A stretch of DNA of 64,000 nucleotides from Phoronis australis (taxonomy: Eukaryota; Animalia; Phoronida). Each line of letters opens with the position of its first letter. Within the stretch, counting starts at the first letter, position 1. A program made the translations under genes and the position numbers. The DNA lies in assembly GCA_002633005.1 (NCBI GenBank), contig NMRA01000476.1, positions 102,911 to 166,910 on the forward strand, in the 5' to 3' direction. The notes under the pieces are model-generated. The model saw nothing but the letters and a program-made list of their open reading frames with translations. It was not told where the DNA came from and did not search any database. This document shows positions 49,901 through 62,329 of this stretch, in pieces.

Positions 49901-52900
49901 CCTAACAATAGCATGGAAATATTCATGAGGACTAGCCAAGTGGGAGTACAGAACACATTTCTGGAATTAGGTCTCACTTTTCACAATATTTACAGTATGG
50001 ACCCCTGCTTCTCAAATAGCCTCAACAACAAAGACAAACCGACCCCTGCTTCTCAAATAGCCTCAACAAGAAAGACTAACTGTGACTAAATCCCTTTACT
50101 CAACAGCCAAAAGTGTAAGAAGCAGAACATGTTGGTTCTGCCTACTTGGTACTTTGGTACAGAGATCACCTTTCATAAATTAGTAGGTCTATAAATGAGT
50201 AGAAAGTTAAATAACATCTATAAATGAATACTAATATGCCAGTGCAGATATGGATAAATAAAGATCAGAGTGGATTAGCTCAGGTCAATAAAAGTAATGA
50301 TTCCCATATGGCTATTACAGTGAAATTAAACAGCAGCAAAGATATATTTAACAGTCCAATGCAGAAATTGTTCCTTATGAAGCATTTTACTAACAACACA
50401 CAACTTCAGAAAACCCTGCTATGAAGCCATGTTACATAAGTAAATGGGATCATTTCAGACATAACTACAAATAGCTTCTAAAATAGATTAATTATTATTT
50501 ACACAACCAAGCAAAATGATGTACCTTGACAGTTTTGGGTACTCACAGCAGCCATCTTCCGAAGCTATAGCTATAGGACACTAAATGAGTAAAACTATCA
50601 GTTGCCCCCCTCCCCGCCAAATAGCAAAGCCCAAATACGCTGGGCTGCATTTTACATGCCATGATCTACATTGTAGAAACCATCTACATGCTGCATGAGC
50701 AGTGGCGTATGTAGCGAGGGTGCGGCAGGGGGCACTTAATTTTCTTCCCGGCCGCCAGCAAAGCAGGGACGTCAGGTAGACCCAGAGGGCAAATAGGTGG
50801 CCACCGGGGGTGGGTACCAAATATGCGGTATGGGAGGGGCGCCAGTTTGATGGCAAGGGGGCAAGGATTCAAACTGGTGGCATTTTCTGCCCGCCCGGCG
50901 CTGGTAATCCTAGCTAAGCCACTGCAGATGAGATCAGCAGGCATCCTTTCTATACAGGGAGCGGTAGTGTAAGGAGGTTCATTACCTTTATATTAGAGGC
51001 CCAATTAAGGGCCAGTTTTATTTTGGTTTTTAGTTTTTTATTTTTATTTTGTTTTTTTTTAATATATTTTCTGGTTTCATGGCATCTGCTTTGTGGCCAT
51101 TGAGACAGATGAGTGAGGATGTTGGTAAATGCGTCCGCCGCTGTTCTTCCGCACCTCTCCCGCCACATCCGATGATCGTCGAGGTATCCCGGCAGACTAT
51201 TGTCGATCACGCCAGACATGGCCTTGAATCGCTGTTTTAAATGCCTCCAGTAGTTCTCAACATTCTGTGTGTGGACACCAGTAACAGGATCGACAAAGTT
51301 AACGGAGTGGTTGACTATGTGGTGCTGGTATGGCGGCACCACGGGAATGTTGGCAATCCTCTGGTAGGCACCCCACTGATTGAACATATGTCTTGGATAT
51401 AGGTGAACCACTGCATAACGGTGCACTTGCTGAGGTTCAACATCTCCACAACATACACAATCTTTAATTTATACGACCACAGCCAAACCAGTTGAACTAA
51501 GGTACCCAGTGGTAGGTGTGAACGCTAGAAAAAAAGAGCCGGATCGTATCGACAACTTGTGTCCCTTGTGCCGAGGACACCTCCAGACTGTACTTCCCTC
51601 CTTCTTCACCTCCATCATTTGGCCCATACACGTCACACACAGAGGGGGCTGGCGGCGAAGTAGCATGTGCTGGCATAGAAAAGCCACAGTAGTTTCGTGT
51701 GAATGAGTCGCGGCGACAATCTCTTGGAACGACATGATCAATAGAGAACTATGTGCATCAATAAGGTGTGCTAACTAACCACTTTATGTAAGAATTTTGT
51801 TTTAAAGACGTGTCCTTGAATAATAAACACCACGAATTCCATCACAAATTCGCAATTGTTGGGGGAGACCAGGGTGGGTACGTCCCCTTAGTATTTGAAA
51901 GTAATGGAAGATCAAGAAATTACACAGATGTTCAGATTTTCGATTTTAAAGAAAGCATAGCCATTGGATTTTAATAATATAATTAGTTGAAGAAATGTTT
52001 ATTGATTCCTTACTGATACCCCTATCTCCCCTACTGCTGGGTAAAATTAAAACGATTTTCGAAGTCCACTAATAGGTCAAGCCAGACCACAGAAACATCA
52101 TACGCCAATCTGTAAGCACCTGTAGTCATTTGAATATCTGTGTCTCTTGGATCTAGATAATGGCATGGGGACATATCAGGTGACTGAATTCCGTCAAAGT
52201 TACGTCATAACTAGCGTTTTCAGTGCTCCACGAGTACAAGTACATGCGTTTTGAATTTAACCTACCTCCCAACTTTCTTTAGTATTTTTCACGAATTCTT
52301 GCGGACACTATACATCCTTTATACCGGCATGTAGCTTAAAACCCGTGTCACAAGGGATGATTTCGCGGTGCCTCCCAATGTACAGATAAAAGAGCTTTCA
52401 TTTTCAGCCTAAAATACACATTTCATAAGAGTATGCCACTTCGGGGTGTCAACATTACAAATGTCATCTGCTAGGGTTCGCCCCCTGCTTCGTTGGAGAC
52501 CTGTTTGGTATGTACACAGACACTAGGTAAGCTACATTTTTCGAGTGACAAACTTTGAACAAGAAACTGTGGCTTTCTGTGTAAAATTGGCTAATCACGG
52601 GAAACCCTCTTCAAATTCCATTTCTATTAGCCTAGTGGAATTCAAGTTGATGGAATCTCCTCTAAAAGACCATCAGCCCGCACTATAACCTGTGTCGGAC
52701 CTAGGATGTCATGAGGGGGCTGGACCTGGACACAATTCACAAAGGCCATGAGACAGCTGTTGAGAACATAATTTTACGCAGTATTACAATGTCAAATTCA
52801 CAAATATGCAAGGTAGATCAGGTACACTATTTCATGGGTACACGCGACACTGCCTTTCAGCTAGGCAATGACCATCGCCTCTGTTGGCCCGAACCAGAGG

Positions 52901-55900
52901 CGATGTAGAGGCTATAGGCGCTCTGTACGCCGGAAGCTTTTCGGCGAATTATGCCTCGCACCGACTAAACCATCAAAGTCACGTTGTTATAACTACCTTT
53001 TGCGCATAGACGAACACCTTAGGAGGTTGTTGATGTGTTTAAGTTCTTCCAACTCCAACAAATACTCCCGTTATGAAACTTTTTCTTCGAGCAGTCCCTA
53101 TTTCAGTTCCCAAAATCGNNNNNNNNNNNNNNNNNNNNNNNNNNNNNNNNNNNNNNNNNNNNNNNNNNNNNNNNNNNNNNNNNNNNNNNNNNNNNNNNNN
53201 NNNNNNNNNNNNNNNNNNNNNNNNNNNNNNNNNNNNNNNNNNNNNNNNNNNNNNNNNNNNNNNNNNNNNNNNNNNNNNNNNNNNNNNNNNNNNNNNNNNN
53301 NNNNNNNNNNNNNNNNNNNNNNNNNNNNNNNNNNNNNNNNNNNNNNNNNNNNNNNNNNNNNNNNNNNNNNNNNNNNNNNNNNNNNNNNNNNNNNNNNNNN
53401 NNNNNNNNNNNNNNNNNNNNNNNNNNNNNNNNNNNNNNNNNNNNNNNNNNNNNNNNNNNNNNNNNNNNNNNNNNNNNNNNNNNNNNNNNNNNNNNNNNNN
53501 NNNNNNNNNNNNNNNNNNNNNNNNNNNNNNNNNNNNNNNNNNNNNNNNNNNNNNNNNNNNNNNNNNNNNNNNNNNNNNNNNNNNNNNNNNNNNNNNNNNN
53601 NNNNNNNNNNNNNNNNNNNNNNNNNNNNNNNNNNNNNNNNNNNNNNNNNNNNNNNNNNNNNNNNNNNNNNNNNNNNNNNNNNNNNNNNNNNNNNNNNNNN
53701 NNNNNNNNNNNNNNNNCGACGTGAAAGTTGAATCAGTGGTCTCTAACTGACTTGTGCATTCGAGTAGCTAAATTTGCGATGTGAAAAGGGAGAAAATGCC
53801 CGTTGAAAAAGTATCCGGAATTTTGTTAGATCTGGCTTGCTACTGGCTGTCATCAAAGTCGTTAACGATTCAAACTAACTCGGGTAATGGCGAGTTTGCT
53901 CCTCAATACCTTCCAAGTACGGGAAAGTCAGTCAGAAAACGACACGCATGTCACTAGAGTTAACTTTCTTTCAGAGGTATAAAACAAAGCCGGGATTTGG
54001 TTAAAACATATTGTGAAAAGACGTTTTTGAAAACTGAAGTTGTGTAAAATGAAAGTGACACACCATATAAGCTATGTGTCAATTTTAAACCACACGCGGT
54101 CGTTTGTAGTGCGCTATGATGGGCGCTAGCTTGAACTGTGGACGCTTAATTGGAAATTCTCAAAATTTAAGGGGGACTTTTAATATATCAGTGAGCGCTT
54201 ATTATGAAACACTTTAAAGGTAGGGAGTAGGCTTGTGCGTGAGCATAGTCGTTAACCTCAGTGTTTGCGGTAATAATATATTAAAACGCTGCAATGGTAA
54301 GAAATGTTATAATAATAGGATTTCGCGAGGTAAACTCCATCTAGTAGGGGTGACTTTTTGGATATCGTTCCCACCAACTGTACATTGTACCCTTTTTAGC
54401 CACCAGGAATGATGTTGTTTTTAACTGCCCGCTTCAGCCGCAACAATGTTGTTTCTATAGGTGTCTGAACATTTTACGGCGACGGTGGTTCGGGGAGCGA
54501 AAACTTGCCGGGGGGGGGGGGGGGGTNGGGTGTATACAAAGAAGAATGAAAAGTTTGCTAACTTGAACCACAATTTCGCATCTAGTGCCAATTTAGTTGC
54601 AATGGCTGGCTACGGGCATAGAACATAGTTTTTACAGAACATCGACTTCGGGAAACATCGGAACAGGAAAACGTCAGTTCTGGGTTATATCGGTCCCGGG
54701 ACATCGGGTCTTTTATAACCGCTGGGAATCTGATTTCATTTTCAAATAAACCAGAGCCAAGCCGGTATACTCTTTCATTTAGGACTGTCGCTGTTCTTTC
54801 AAGTGGTGCGCATGCGTGAGTTCACGCACTTGAATCGCTGGAGTAGGCCTACAGTTTACGTTGGTAAGAACGTGTGAAAGACAAATCATATTTCGCGCAC
54901 GTAGCCCCAGAAACAAGTAAAGGGTTTGGGAATTTCTTGGCAACTGAAAGACTTGGCCGTCGTTTGGCGATTAATAAGGTTGTCATTTTTACTTTGGCTG
55001 TCTTAATACGATAACAAGGAGAAGCACATCTCAGTCTAAGTCACGATTGTCTGCCGGTACCGCTTGTTCGCTAACGGTGCGATATCAGGGATATTGTCGT
55101 GGATATTTGTTACATGTAATACGGATATCTTATGTGAAAAATAAACATTTTTGTCCACCACAAAGTTTGGTAAGTTGATCGCTTAAGAATTAGTAGAAAC
55201 ACTGTTGTTTTGTGAAGCTTTATCACGTGTTAAGCAGTGGCCAGAAACTTTCTTCGGCGAATCCGGGAATTTACAAAAGTGGCCGAAAGCGTTAGCCAAT
55301 GAAACGCGTCAAAGATCGATTCGCGGCATATCCCATGTTCATGCGACTTGCTTACAAGTCATCGGGAGGGCTGTTCTCGGTTAGTGTTCTTTTGAACTTG
55401 GATTTGGCAACAACCAAATAACGGTCAGATTAACAAGAGCTGCTTTGTATTTGCCTTGTATCTGTTGAGAAGTGTAAAAACTCAGCTCGCATTCGTTGGA
55501 AATTCCAGGTCGCATTTTGCGACTTGATACGAGCTGACAAAAATCTCAGCTCGCATTTCCAAATTTCAGGTCGCAAATGCGACCTGCAGCTCGTTATGTC
55601 GAGCCCTGAACAACGTGACTTTGATGGTTTAGTCGGTGCGAGGCATAATTCGCCGAAAAGCTTCCGGCGTACAGAGCGCCTATAGCCTCTACATCGCCTC
55701 TGGTTCGGGCCAACAGAGGCGATGGTCATTGCCTACCTTTCAGCATGGCTGGCACATGGGTGATCTAAACAAAACCGTCTGTAGGCCTACATTTGCATTT
55801 AACTTCTGAGCAAAGTGAATGTAATAGCACTCAGTCTTCAATTTCATTGACAGAACAAAGGACTATTTGAAAAAAGTTGATTGTGGTGTCGGTGCATCAG

Positions 55901-56337
55901 GTCTTCTACTCTAGTTGGACACAGGACAGTTTAGTTGGAAGGATTAAAGATTTACATTGCCTCCAGCAGTGCTAGTGCCCATCTAAACTCAAAAGGTACA
56001 CATAATGTAGTAAAATAACTGTCATAGTTTAGCACTAATTAACCGCAATGAGCAGAAAACTTCTGGCGTACATGCTTGGTTATAATGTGTCGTCTTTGAC
56101 CCTGACGACAATGCTTGTGACCAGTCGACGGCTAAATACTATTACTAGTTAAAACCCGTTCCTTTCACAGGGTATTTAAAAATGAGAATGAAGATATGAC
56201 AAACCTCTGGCATGTTTCGACGGGTATAGCCTATCTGCTTTTTCTAAAAACTTCCTTGCCTTTTCCAAATCACCAATTTTCAGAGACTTTTCGGCAATTT
56301 TAATGCATTTTTCACTATCTTCTCTGTTCCCATCCAT
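37901..56337 (-). CDS. DNAJB12: DnaJ homolog subfamily B member 12/14 (ER-membrane Hsp40: J-domain, TM helix, DUF1977)
   Basis: Exons 56337-56205 ([28 protein letters not shown]), 49134-48969, 48452-48307 ([35 protein letters not shown]), 44900-44757 ([20 protein letters not shown]), 44376-44237 ([18 protein letters not shown]), 43147-43035 ([14 protein letters not shown]), 39309-39143 (..[23 protein letters not shown]) and 38013-37901 (..[14 protein letters not shown]). Exons 5-6 are duplicated at 41414-41275 and 40148-40036. Confidence 0.96.
38508..38640 (+). mobile_element. tRNA-derived SINE
   Basis: A-box-like TGGCCTGGTTGA and B-box GGGTTCGAGTCCC (38560-38572), followed by CCCTTGAG..AGG body and an AT tail. 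No complete cloverleaf. Confidence 0.65.
39383..44434. repeat. ~2.1 kb direct duplication (39383-41472 vs 42372-44434) flanking an N gap
   Basis: Colinear near-identical sequence with scattered SNPs and small indels (e.g. ~30 bp at ~40820-40848 absent from the second copy). Includes DNAJB12 exons 5 and 6. Confidence 0.92.
41877..42376 (+). mobile_element. HINE-like element, 3' end
   Basis: Family subunits, (CGGA)n microsatellite at ~42255-42325, and terminal hairpin ATGCGTCCACATAT-aa-ATATGTGGGCGCAT followed by an A-run. Confidence 0.82.
45090..46410 (+). mobile_element. HINE-like element, older 5'-truncated copy
   Basis: About 8 diverged subunits, a short GGAC repeat and terminal hairpin ATGCGTCCACATTTAAATATGTGGGTGCAT. 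Confidence 0.78.
46505..47800 (+). mobile_element. Full-length HINE/DINE-1-like (Helentron non-autonomous) element with CTCF-consensus-bearing tandem subunits
   Basis: 5' ACAAGAG, small hairpin CAACGC/GCGTTG and subterminal ATGCGCCCACA. Core of ~145-160 bp subunits in a three-subunit ~450 bp higher-order repeat. (CGGA)n, then a 3' hairpin containing the inverted subterminal TGTGGGCGCAT, ending in an A-run. No TSD. Confidence 0.85.
50700..50924. mobile_element. hAT-like MITE
   Basis: Ends CAGTGGCGTA / TAAGCCACTG. Flanks TGCATGAG and CAGATGAG resemble a decayed 8 bp TSD. Confidence 0.55.
50950..51741 (-). mobile_element. Merlin (IS1595/ISXO2-like) transposase remnant, internally deleted
   Basis: 51741-51469: CVTC...[19 protein letters not shown] zinc-ribbon-type N-terminus. 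51426-50950: W.AY..I....[32 protein letters not shown]...YLDD..WRER, the signature of eukaryotic Merlin transposases. The central catalytic region is missing. Confidence 0.88.
52862..55735. mobile_element. Non-autonomous DNA transposon with 127 bp perfect TIRs and 9 bp TSD (AcademH- or MULE-like)
   Basis: 52862-52988 and 55609-55735 are exact reverse complements (TAGGCAATGACC...). CCTTTCAGC is duplicated at 52853-52861 and 55736-55744. Contains a ~600 bp N gap; no transposase is visible. Confidence 0.88.
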
Positions 56338-56811
56338 ATTGAAACTCTTACAGCCAAACGATTATAAAAGCTGTAATATAATTGGTCCACATAAAACAAA
56401 ATGTTTGGTCAAAAATACGCAGTCAATTTGACAAAAAAATAGTTTTCTGATCATGACTATTGTTAAAATTTATTTAAATATAAATGAGGAGGATTTACAT
56501 CAATTTATGGTGACTTAATGATTAAAAAGCACATTCACAGAGCGTTTACAAGGCAATGCCTTAAACATCCACCACCAATCACTTTGCTTGTTACAGAGTT
56601 AATCTAATATAAATCGATGACGTTTCAAAACACTGCCACCTATGGACAAAAACTAGAAGTCTTACGACCACCCAACAGGTGTCACTCTGCCCAGGTGAGT
56701 CATTTGTTCGCCTGCGTAAAAGGCGGCTAGACGGGCCAACGTACCTGCGAACATAATCTTCTTTTAAAAAGCACGCTAAGATCTTCGGAGTGCTGAAAAC
56801 AAAAAGACAGA
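56338..56811. promoter_or_regulatory. Putative bidirectional promoter / 5' UTR region between DNAJB12 and the Ly6 gene
   Basis: Divergent start codons at 56337 (minus) and 56812 (plus) with 474 bp between them. Confidence 0.65.
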
Positions 56812-59106
56812 ATGGTCGTTTCTGCAAATCACCTATTTGTCATAGGTGTGATTATTGTGTCCATGTCACTAAAAACAGGTAAGTAAATTGTTTGACCTAG
56901 TTTTTTGAAATGAGTAATTCAAGATGGCTTCCCCCATCACATAGGACTCTGCCCAAATTAAAATGCAGATGTCTGATATTGTTTATGGATTATACCTATA
57001 AACAGGGTGTTGATTTAGTGCTGAACAGATCTATGTTACCAGTAGACCACGTCTTACAGAGCGGACTGTATTTTGACTTTGTAGAATCTACATTATAATT
57101 TGAGTTTAGTAAAACAAAACACCTGTTAGCTGGTTTGCCATTATCAACTGACCTACAATTGGTTTATATTGTTAAAATCGGAAATAATGCATTTCTGACA
57201 ATAAATATAGACTATAACATCTACTAAGCATGCTAAGTAGTTAATGTTAAACCAACAGACACTCCGTCTCGTGGTGTGTCTGCGTTATACTGACACAGTT
57301 TTGTATTGATTTCCATGCAGATACTAGATAGCAAACTAAAAATAGAAATTTGAAAATAATTTACTTTAAATTATTAAAAGTATTTGAGCGTATAGTGCAA
57401 ACAAAAATGAATCTTTAAATAAACAATTACACCAAAAATAAATATGTGTATACATTTGGTTCAATAAGTCTCAATTTGATCGATGTGAGCAGTATTGTTT
57501 TCTACATGATCGATGTGAGCAGTACTGTTTTCTACATGATTTTCAATGACAGTCTACTTAATTCAAGAATTGAAGACATTGATAAACACTTCTGTTTCGA
57601 TGCAAATTAATATTCAAGAAATAGTTTGGAAGCAACAAATAAACTATATGAAGAAGTTAATGAAAATTTGTTTTGTTTTTTGTTTTATGTGTGCATTGTA
57701 GTACCCAACATATGAAGAACAATAATAATAATGATATTAATAATAATAAATAATAACAGCAATGTACCCGTTTTATTTTCATTACACCATACTGTAGTCC
57801 TTGAAGCCCATTAGTCAACCTTTGATTCTCAATATTAAAGAAAGTGAAGCTTTTAAGAACACTGTCGCAGGTTCATAGAAATTATTTTTTTGTTTATGCC
57901 TGAATGGGAGTCATGCAAATTATGATTGTTTTCGTAAAAGTTATAGAAGTACACCTGATCAAACTTACACATTTTAAAATCTAAAACAACAAGTCCTGAT
58001 AGGGATTTGGAGAAGATTGTGTAAAGCGTAGTATTTGAAAGTTTCTTTAGGATCCAGCCGTTTCCGATACGATATTCCAAAATTAGCCAGTTTTTACATT
58101 TTCCAGTATTGCTCAATGAATGCTGTTGTTTCCATGGTCTGGTTTGTGGCAGTGATAAATATGTTGTTCATAATGTAGACTATTGACTTCCTTTTCAGCC
58201 TATACGCTACAATGTTACCAGTGTAACTCGGTCTCTGATGTAGAGTGCACGGAGCAGTTTGACCCTCAGAATGAATATTTACAAATCAAGGCGGCTGACT
58301 GTCCTGTACATAACGCTACGTACTGCATAAAAACAACAGGTGTTTGGGGAGGTAAGTACTGGCATACACTCGATATTTAACCAAACAAAACTAAAAAATC
58401 TACTTCTATTTCACTCACCCGAACCACATGATATTTTTGTGTAATCGGGTATTGAGTTGTTGGGAGGCCTTCATCTAGCAAACACCTGCAAATGTACATC
58501 CTGGCGCAAATCTAGACACCAAGCTAGGATGCCCTGTTCCGCATTTGGTTGCCCTGTTCAACAGTTGGACACCCAAGTAAAGTTAGCAATGGTATCTTTT
58601 AACTTGCTAACAAAAATGGTTGAGATAAAAGTATGATATGGAAAACTTCATTGCAGCTGCAGTTGTGCCCAATAAGATACCACTCTATAACTGCAGTTAG
58701 AGTCGTAAAAATGAAGTCACTCGTAATTGGTCATGAACGCTCTGAGAAATTAAGACTCATTTCGGATGCCTTATATTTATAATCTTCTATGAACCCCTGG
58801 TTGCTGCCAAGCTACAGCAAATTTTTGTTGTCTCTGTTCTTTATGTGTATTCGCCTGTCTCCTCCTAGTGACAGTATTTGACATCTTTTTCTAGCCATTG
58901 CCGGTACTAACAGGTTCTGTTCAAGTGAAGACATGTACGACCAGTGCCAGTATGTGAGATATCGCAATCATGACAGGGTCTACCGAGCATGTGTCTTCAC
59001 CTGTACATGGGATGGCTGTAATGGATCAAAGTCCTTGAAATGTTCTCGTGTCTTATCACTAGTTTTTGTTATTGTTTTAGCTGTTTTTGGAATTGTCAAG
59101 TTGTAA
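56812..59106 (+). CDS. bou: Ly6/uPAR three-finger protein, boudin-like, probably GPI-anchored
   Basis: Exons 56812-56878 (signal MVVSANHLFVIGVIIVSMSLKT), 58199-58351 (AYTLQCYQCNS..C..C..YCIKTTG) and 58895-59106 (GTNRFCSSEDMYDQCQYVR..YRACVFTCTWDGCN plus hydrophobic tail). Ten-Cys LU pattern ending GCN. RFCSS.D...C.YVR...YR.C..TC..DGCN matches my recollection of Drosophila Boudin. Confidence 0.9.
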
Positions 59107-62029
59107 ATAATTGAATCTTGAACAGTTATTCTTCTCATACCTAGCAGACATTTGAAATTTTCTTTTGTTAAACATTTCATGACAAATACGCAAAGAAATT
59201 GTTTTCTATTTTATGAATGGCTTCTCTGTTGATGTAATCATACTGAACTGTATGATGAAAATTTGTGACAGGATTGTCTGCTTTTGAAAAATAGCTGGAA
59301 CAGAAATTTTAGCCATTATCTTTGTGGGAAATAACTGAAATATTACAGTAGTATCTGTAGTGTACAATGTATAATTGTCAATAGAACTGTAATTCACTGC
59401 TGGCTTGGGAAGCAAGTTTTTGAGTTGGTTTGAATAGCAATTGTATCCTGGATTTATCGCTGTCTGTGGCAAACTGGAGAAAATAATTAATTCATTGACT
59501 GTTGGATGTACATAGTGTTTACTCATACTGTAATCTAGTGGGATAAATATTGTAAATACTAGTTATTTTCAGCTAATTGATGTTCATCTATGAGCTGTGC
59601 AAAATGTAAATAGCTGTCATTATAATCCTGTGTAAAATATGTGTATGCCAGGGTTGTATGTGTCTTGAAATGAATTGTCTTTTGTTTGTGCTAGGTTGAA
59701 TGAACTTCTGGCAGGCGAATATTGCAAGTTCACTATCTGCCTAGCTGGGTGATAGATAAAACTTGTTCATCAATCTGTGTATTGGGTTTTTGTAACGCCC
59801 TAAGAGGGGGAGCGGTGGATGTTTCTGGGCGGAATCGTTTTTATTGTCACTCTCAACTTTAGTGATCCATCCTATGATCACTTACCTTTATGCATGGATA
59901 TCGATTTATCAAGCTTCTTAAGACAATAACATCTGACCCTATGATTCTTGAGCATAGTGTAGGTTGTGTATGCACTTGGACAACTAATGTACATTAAAGC
60001 GATATCTTGTCCACAGAAAATTTCTAAATTCAGTGATGTCTGCGTGTGCAACTGATACATGGAGTCATTTAGTCATTACCTGTATTTATAATAAGCATTT
60101 GTTATTCTAATTAAGGTGGTGTTTATATTGCCAGAGTGTAACTAGATTTTCTGAAGTTTGTACAAAAATATTTTATAATATGTGATTTATTGTTAAACTT
60201 CTTATAAATTTTGGACACAATTCTCAATAAAGTGCCCATTATCAGAGATCACCTGAAATTCATAGTTTACATGCACTTTCAAAAGCCCATAATATTGGCA
60301 ACTTTAAATACAAGCAAAAACGAGTTTATGGCGGCTTATGGCACCAATACTGGCTATGAACTCCTCTCCAACTAAGTTATCCAACTGCATCAAAATATAG
60401 TCCTCGTTTTGAGAAAGGCTGTTAACAGGTACGTAAGCTTACAGAGTAATCCTATACATGAATAAAAAAGACAAAATCCTGAACACACATATTAGTCTTA
60501 AAAACCGAAGAATTTTCCTTTGTCAGCGTATTAAGGTACGTTTTTAAAAGATTTCAGTTATTAGTCTTGAACCGCTTTGCCTCACCAAGTTGTCATCTTA
60601 CCCTTCAGAAATTAGAACCTTATGCAAGAAGAATGCCAAATAAGGCTTCTTGTGCCTCCACAAAAATAATGATGTTCAGCTTCAAAACCTGAACTGAAAC
60701 ATTTTAACGTAAAGCAATCTGAGAACATATCTGGTCCCGTGCATGTTTGTGTCTGTGTTCAAAGTTGCACGGCTTATATGTTTTTGTGGCCGAAAAGCGC
60801 AATTTCAGGGCCATTGTTGAACGGAACATGCGTTTGAAATTATTAGCTTTGACTAAATCTTTAATACAACAAAGCCCGTCGCGTAAATTTTTGAAATTTC
60901 GTTACAAATCCTCAATTCTGTCTGCCACACCCGTTCACTTAAATCACTTATGCCATCGGTCTATCTCAGAGTGTGTGGGATTTAACTCTGCGATGGAATT
61001 AGTGCTATTCCTAATTTTTTCAAAATCACTTCTCGCTGAGAATGTCTGTTTAAACTCTCAACTCTGCGTCCCTACAGACTTTTGACTGCAGCAACAACTG
61101 CCGCATCATATTACATGGGCGGCGCACCATAGGGGGCTGGGGGGCTATAGCCCCACTTTTTTCAGTGCTACGCCGTCCATGTAAATCCGTGGCAACATAG
61201 GACGCCGCACATAATTACTTTACGCCGTAAAAAAGTTAATTTACGCCGCAAACAATCTACCTCGCAAATAATTAATTTACGCCTCTAATAAGAATTAACT
61301 TACGCACGTAATTTACGTCACCCATTTGGCCAACGATTATCCTGGGCATTCTTTATGTACTGATATTCACTCATAGAGTTAAAACTCGCTCTAATGCCTA
61401 AGTACGAGTTATACTAAAAGACTGCGTTTTCGGGAGTGCATTGCGTCTAAGGAATGGACACCACATGCCTGGCATGATTGGATATGATCAGTACCAAATT
61501 GGGAACTAATGCCATCGTAACTTCTACTTTCGACGAGTCCGGGTGAAAATGTACAAATAATATTGATGACCAACGGGGATGCGGGTGCGTCCGTACGCCA
61601 GGCGCTAGCGATCACTAACCGATGCGCTGCCGGACGAAGTCTAAAATTATTCAGGCATGGCCGGTTACTCAATCCGCCGGCAGATGTTTGATATCGTCTC
61701 TGGCTGGCGACGAGAGGGGGTAGGGGGTAACAGAAGAGGTATACCACGTCATGTCGAGTATCGAAGGGGAGCCCGAGACCATTTTACGACCAATTTTCCT
61801 CATACGGGCGTCTCTTACAAAATTCTCTGCGGAAGTGTGCCTTTTCCCTTCACTGGCTTACTTACAGAGCGAACTGAACTCTATAAAACCCGGCGGGGCA
61901 AGTTTTTCAGGTATACCGACTCACATTTCAATGGGGGAAAATTACACTAGTAAGCTGCTAAACCCTTCTATACAAAATAATAGTGTCTCTGGAACAAAAC
62001 CTGATCAAAGGAAGACTTCATATTATTTT

Positions 62030-62329
62030 CAGTGACGGATTTAGGAGGGCCAAGGGTGCCATGCCTCCCCCCTAAAATTTTCCCAAATTCCATTTGGCAG
62101 TTCGGGATGCGAATTGCTGACTTGCATATGCGCGTACCCAGGTGAGCTCGGGGGGCGAATGAACAATGCATAGGCATTGAAAAAAACGTTTTTTAATAAT
62201 AAAATCCACAAACCCAAAAATTCAAGACCCCTATATTCCTACATTTTAGGCTGGGCGCGCGCCATGAGGCGAAATTCTGGTCATTCCTGTTCCTTGACCC
62301 CCCAACTCAAAATCCTGGATCCGCCGTTC
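62030..62329. mobile_element. hAT-like MITE (degenerate)
   Basis: Ends CAGTGACGGATTTAGG / CCTGGATCCGCCGTT with G/C-rich subterminal tracts. Confidence 0.45.

Noticed and set aside
41348-53750. Long ORFs containing X runs (41348-42001, 52868-53750)
   Set aside because: They are artefacts of translating N gaps. The identical peptide at 52868 and 55729 is just the TIR.
59886-60079. Minus-strand exon-like segment with AG/GTAAGT boundaries
   Set aside because: All three frames have stops just after the acceptor and there is no recognisable homology. It probably overlaps the Ly6 3' UTR.
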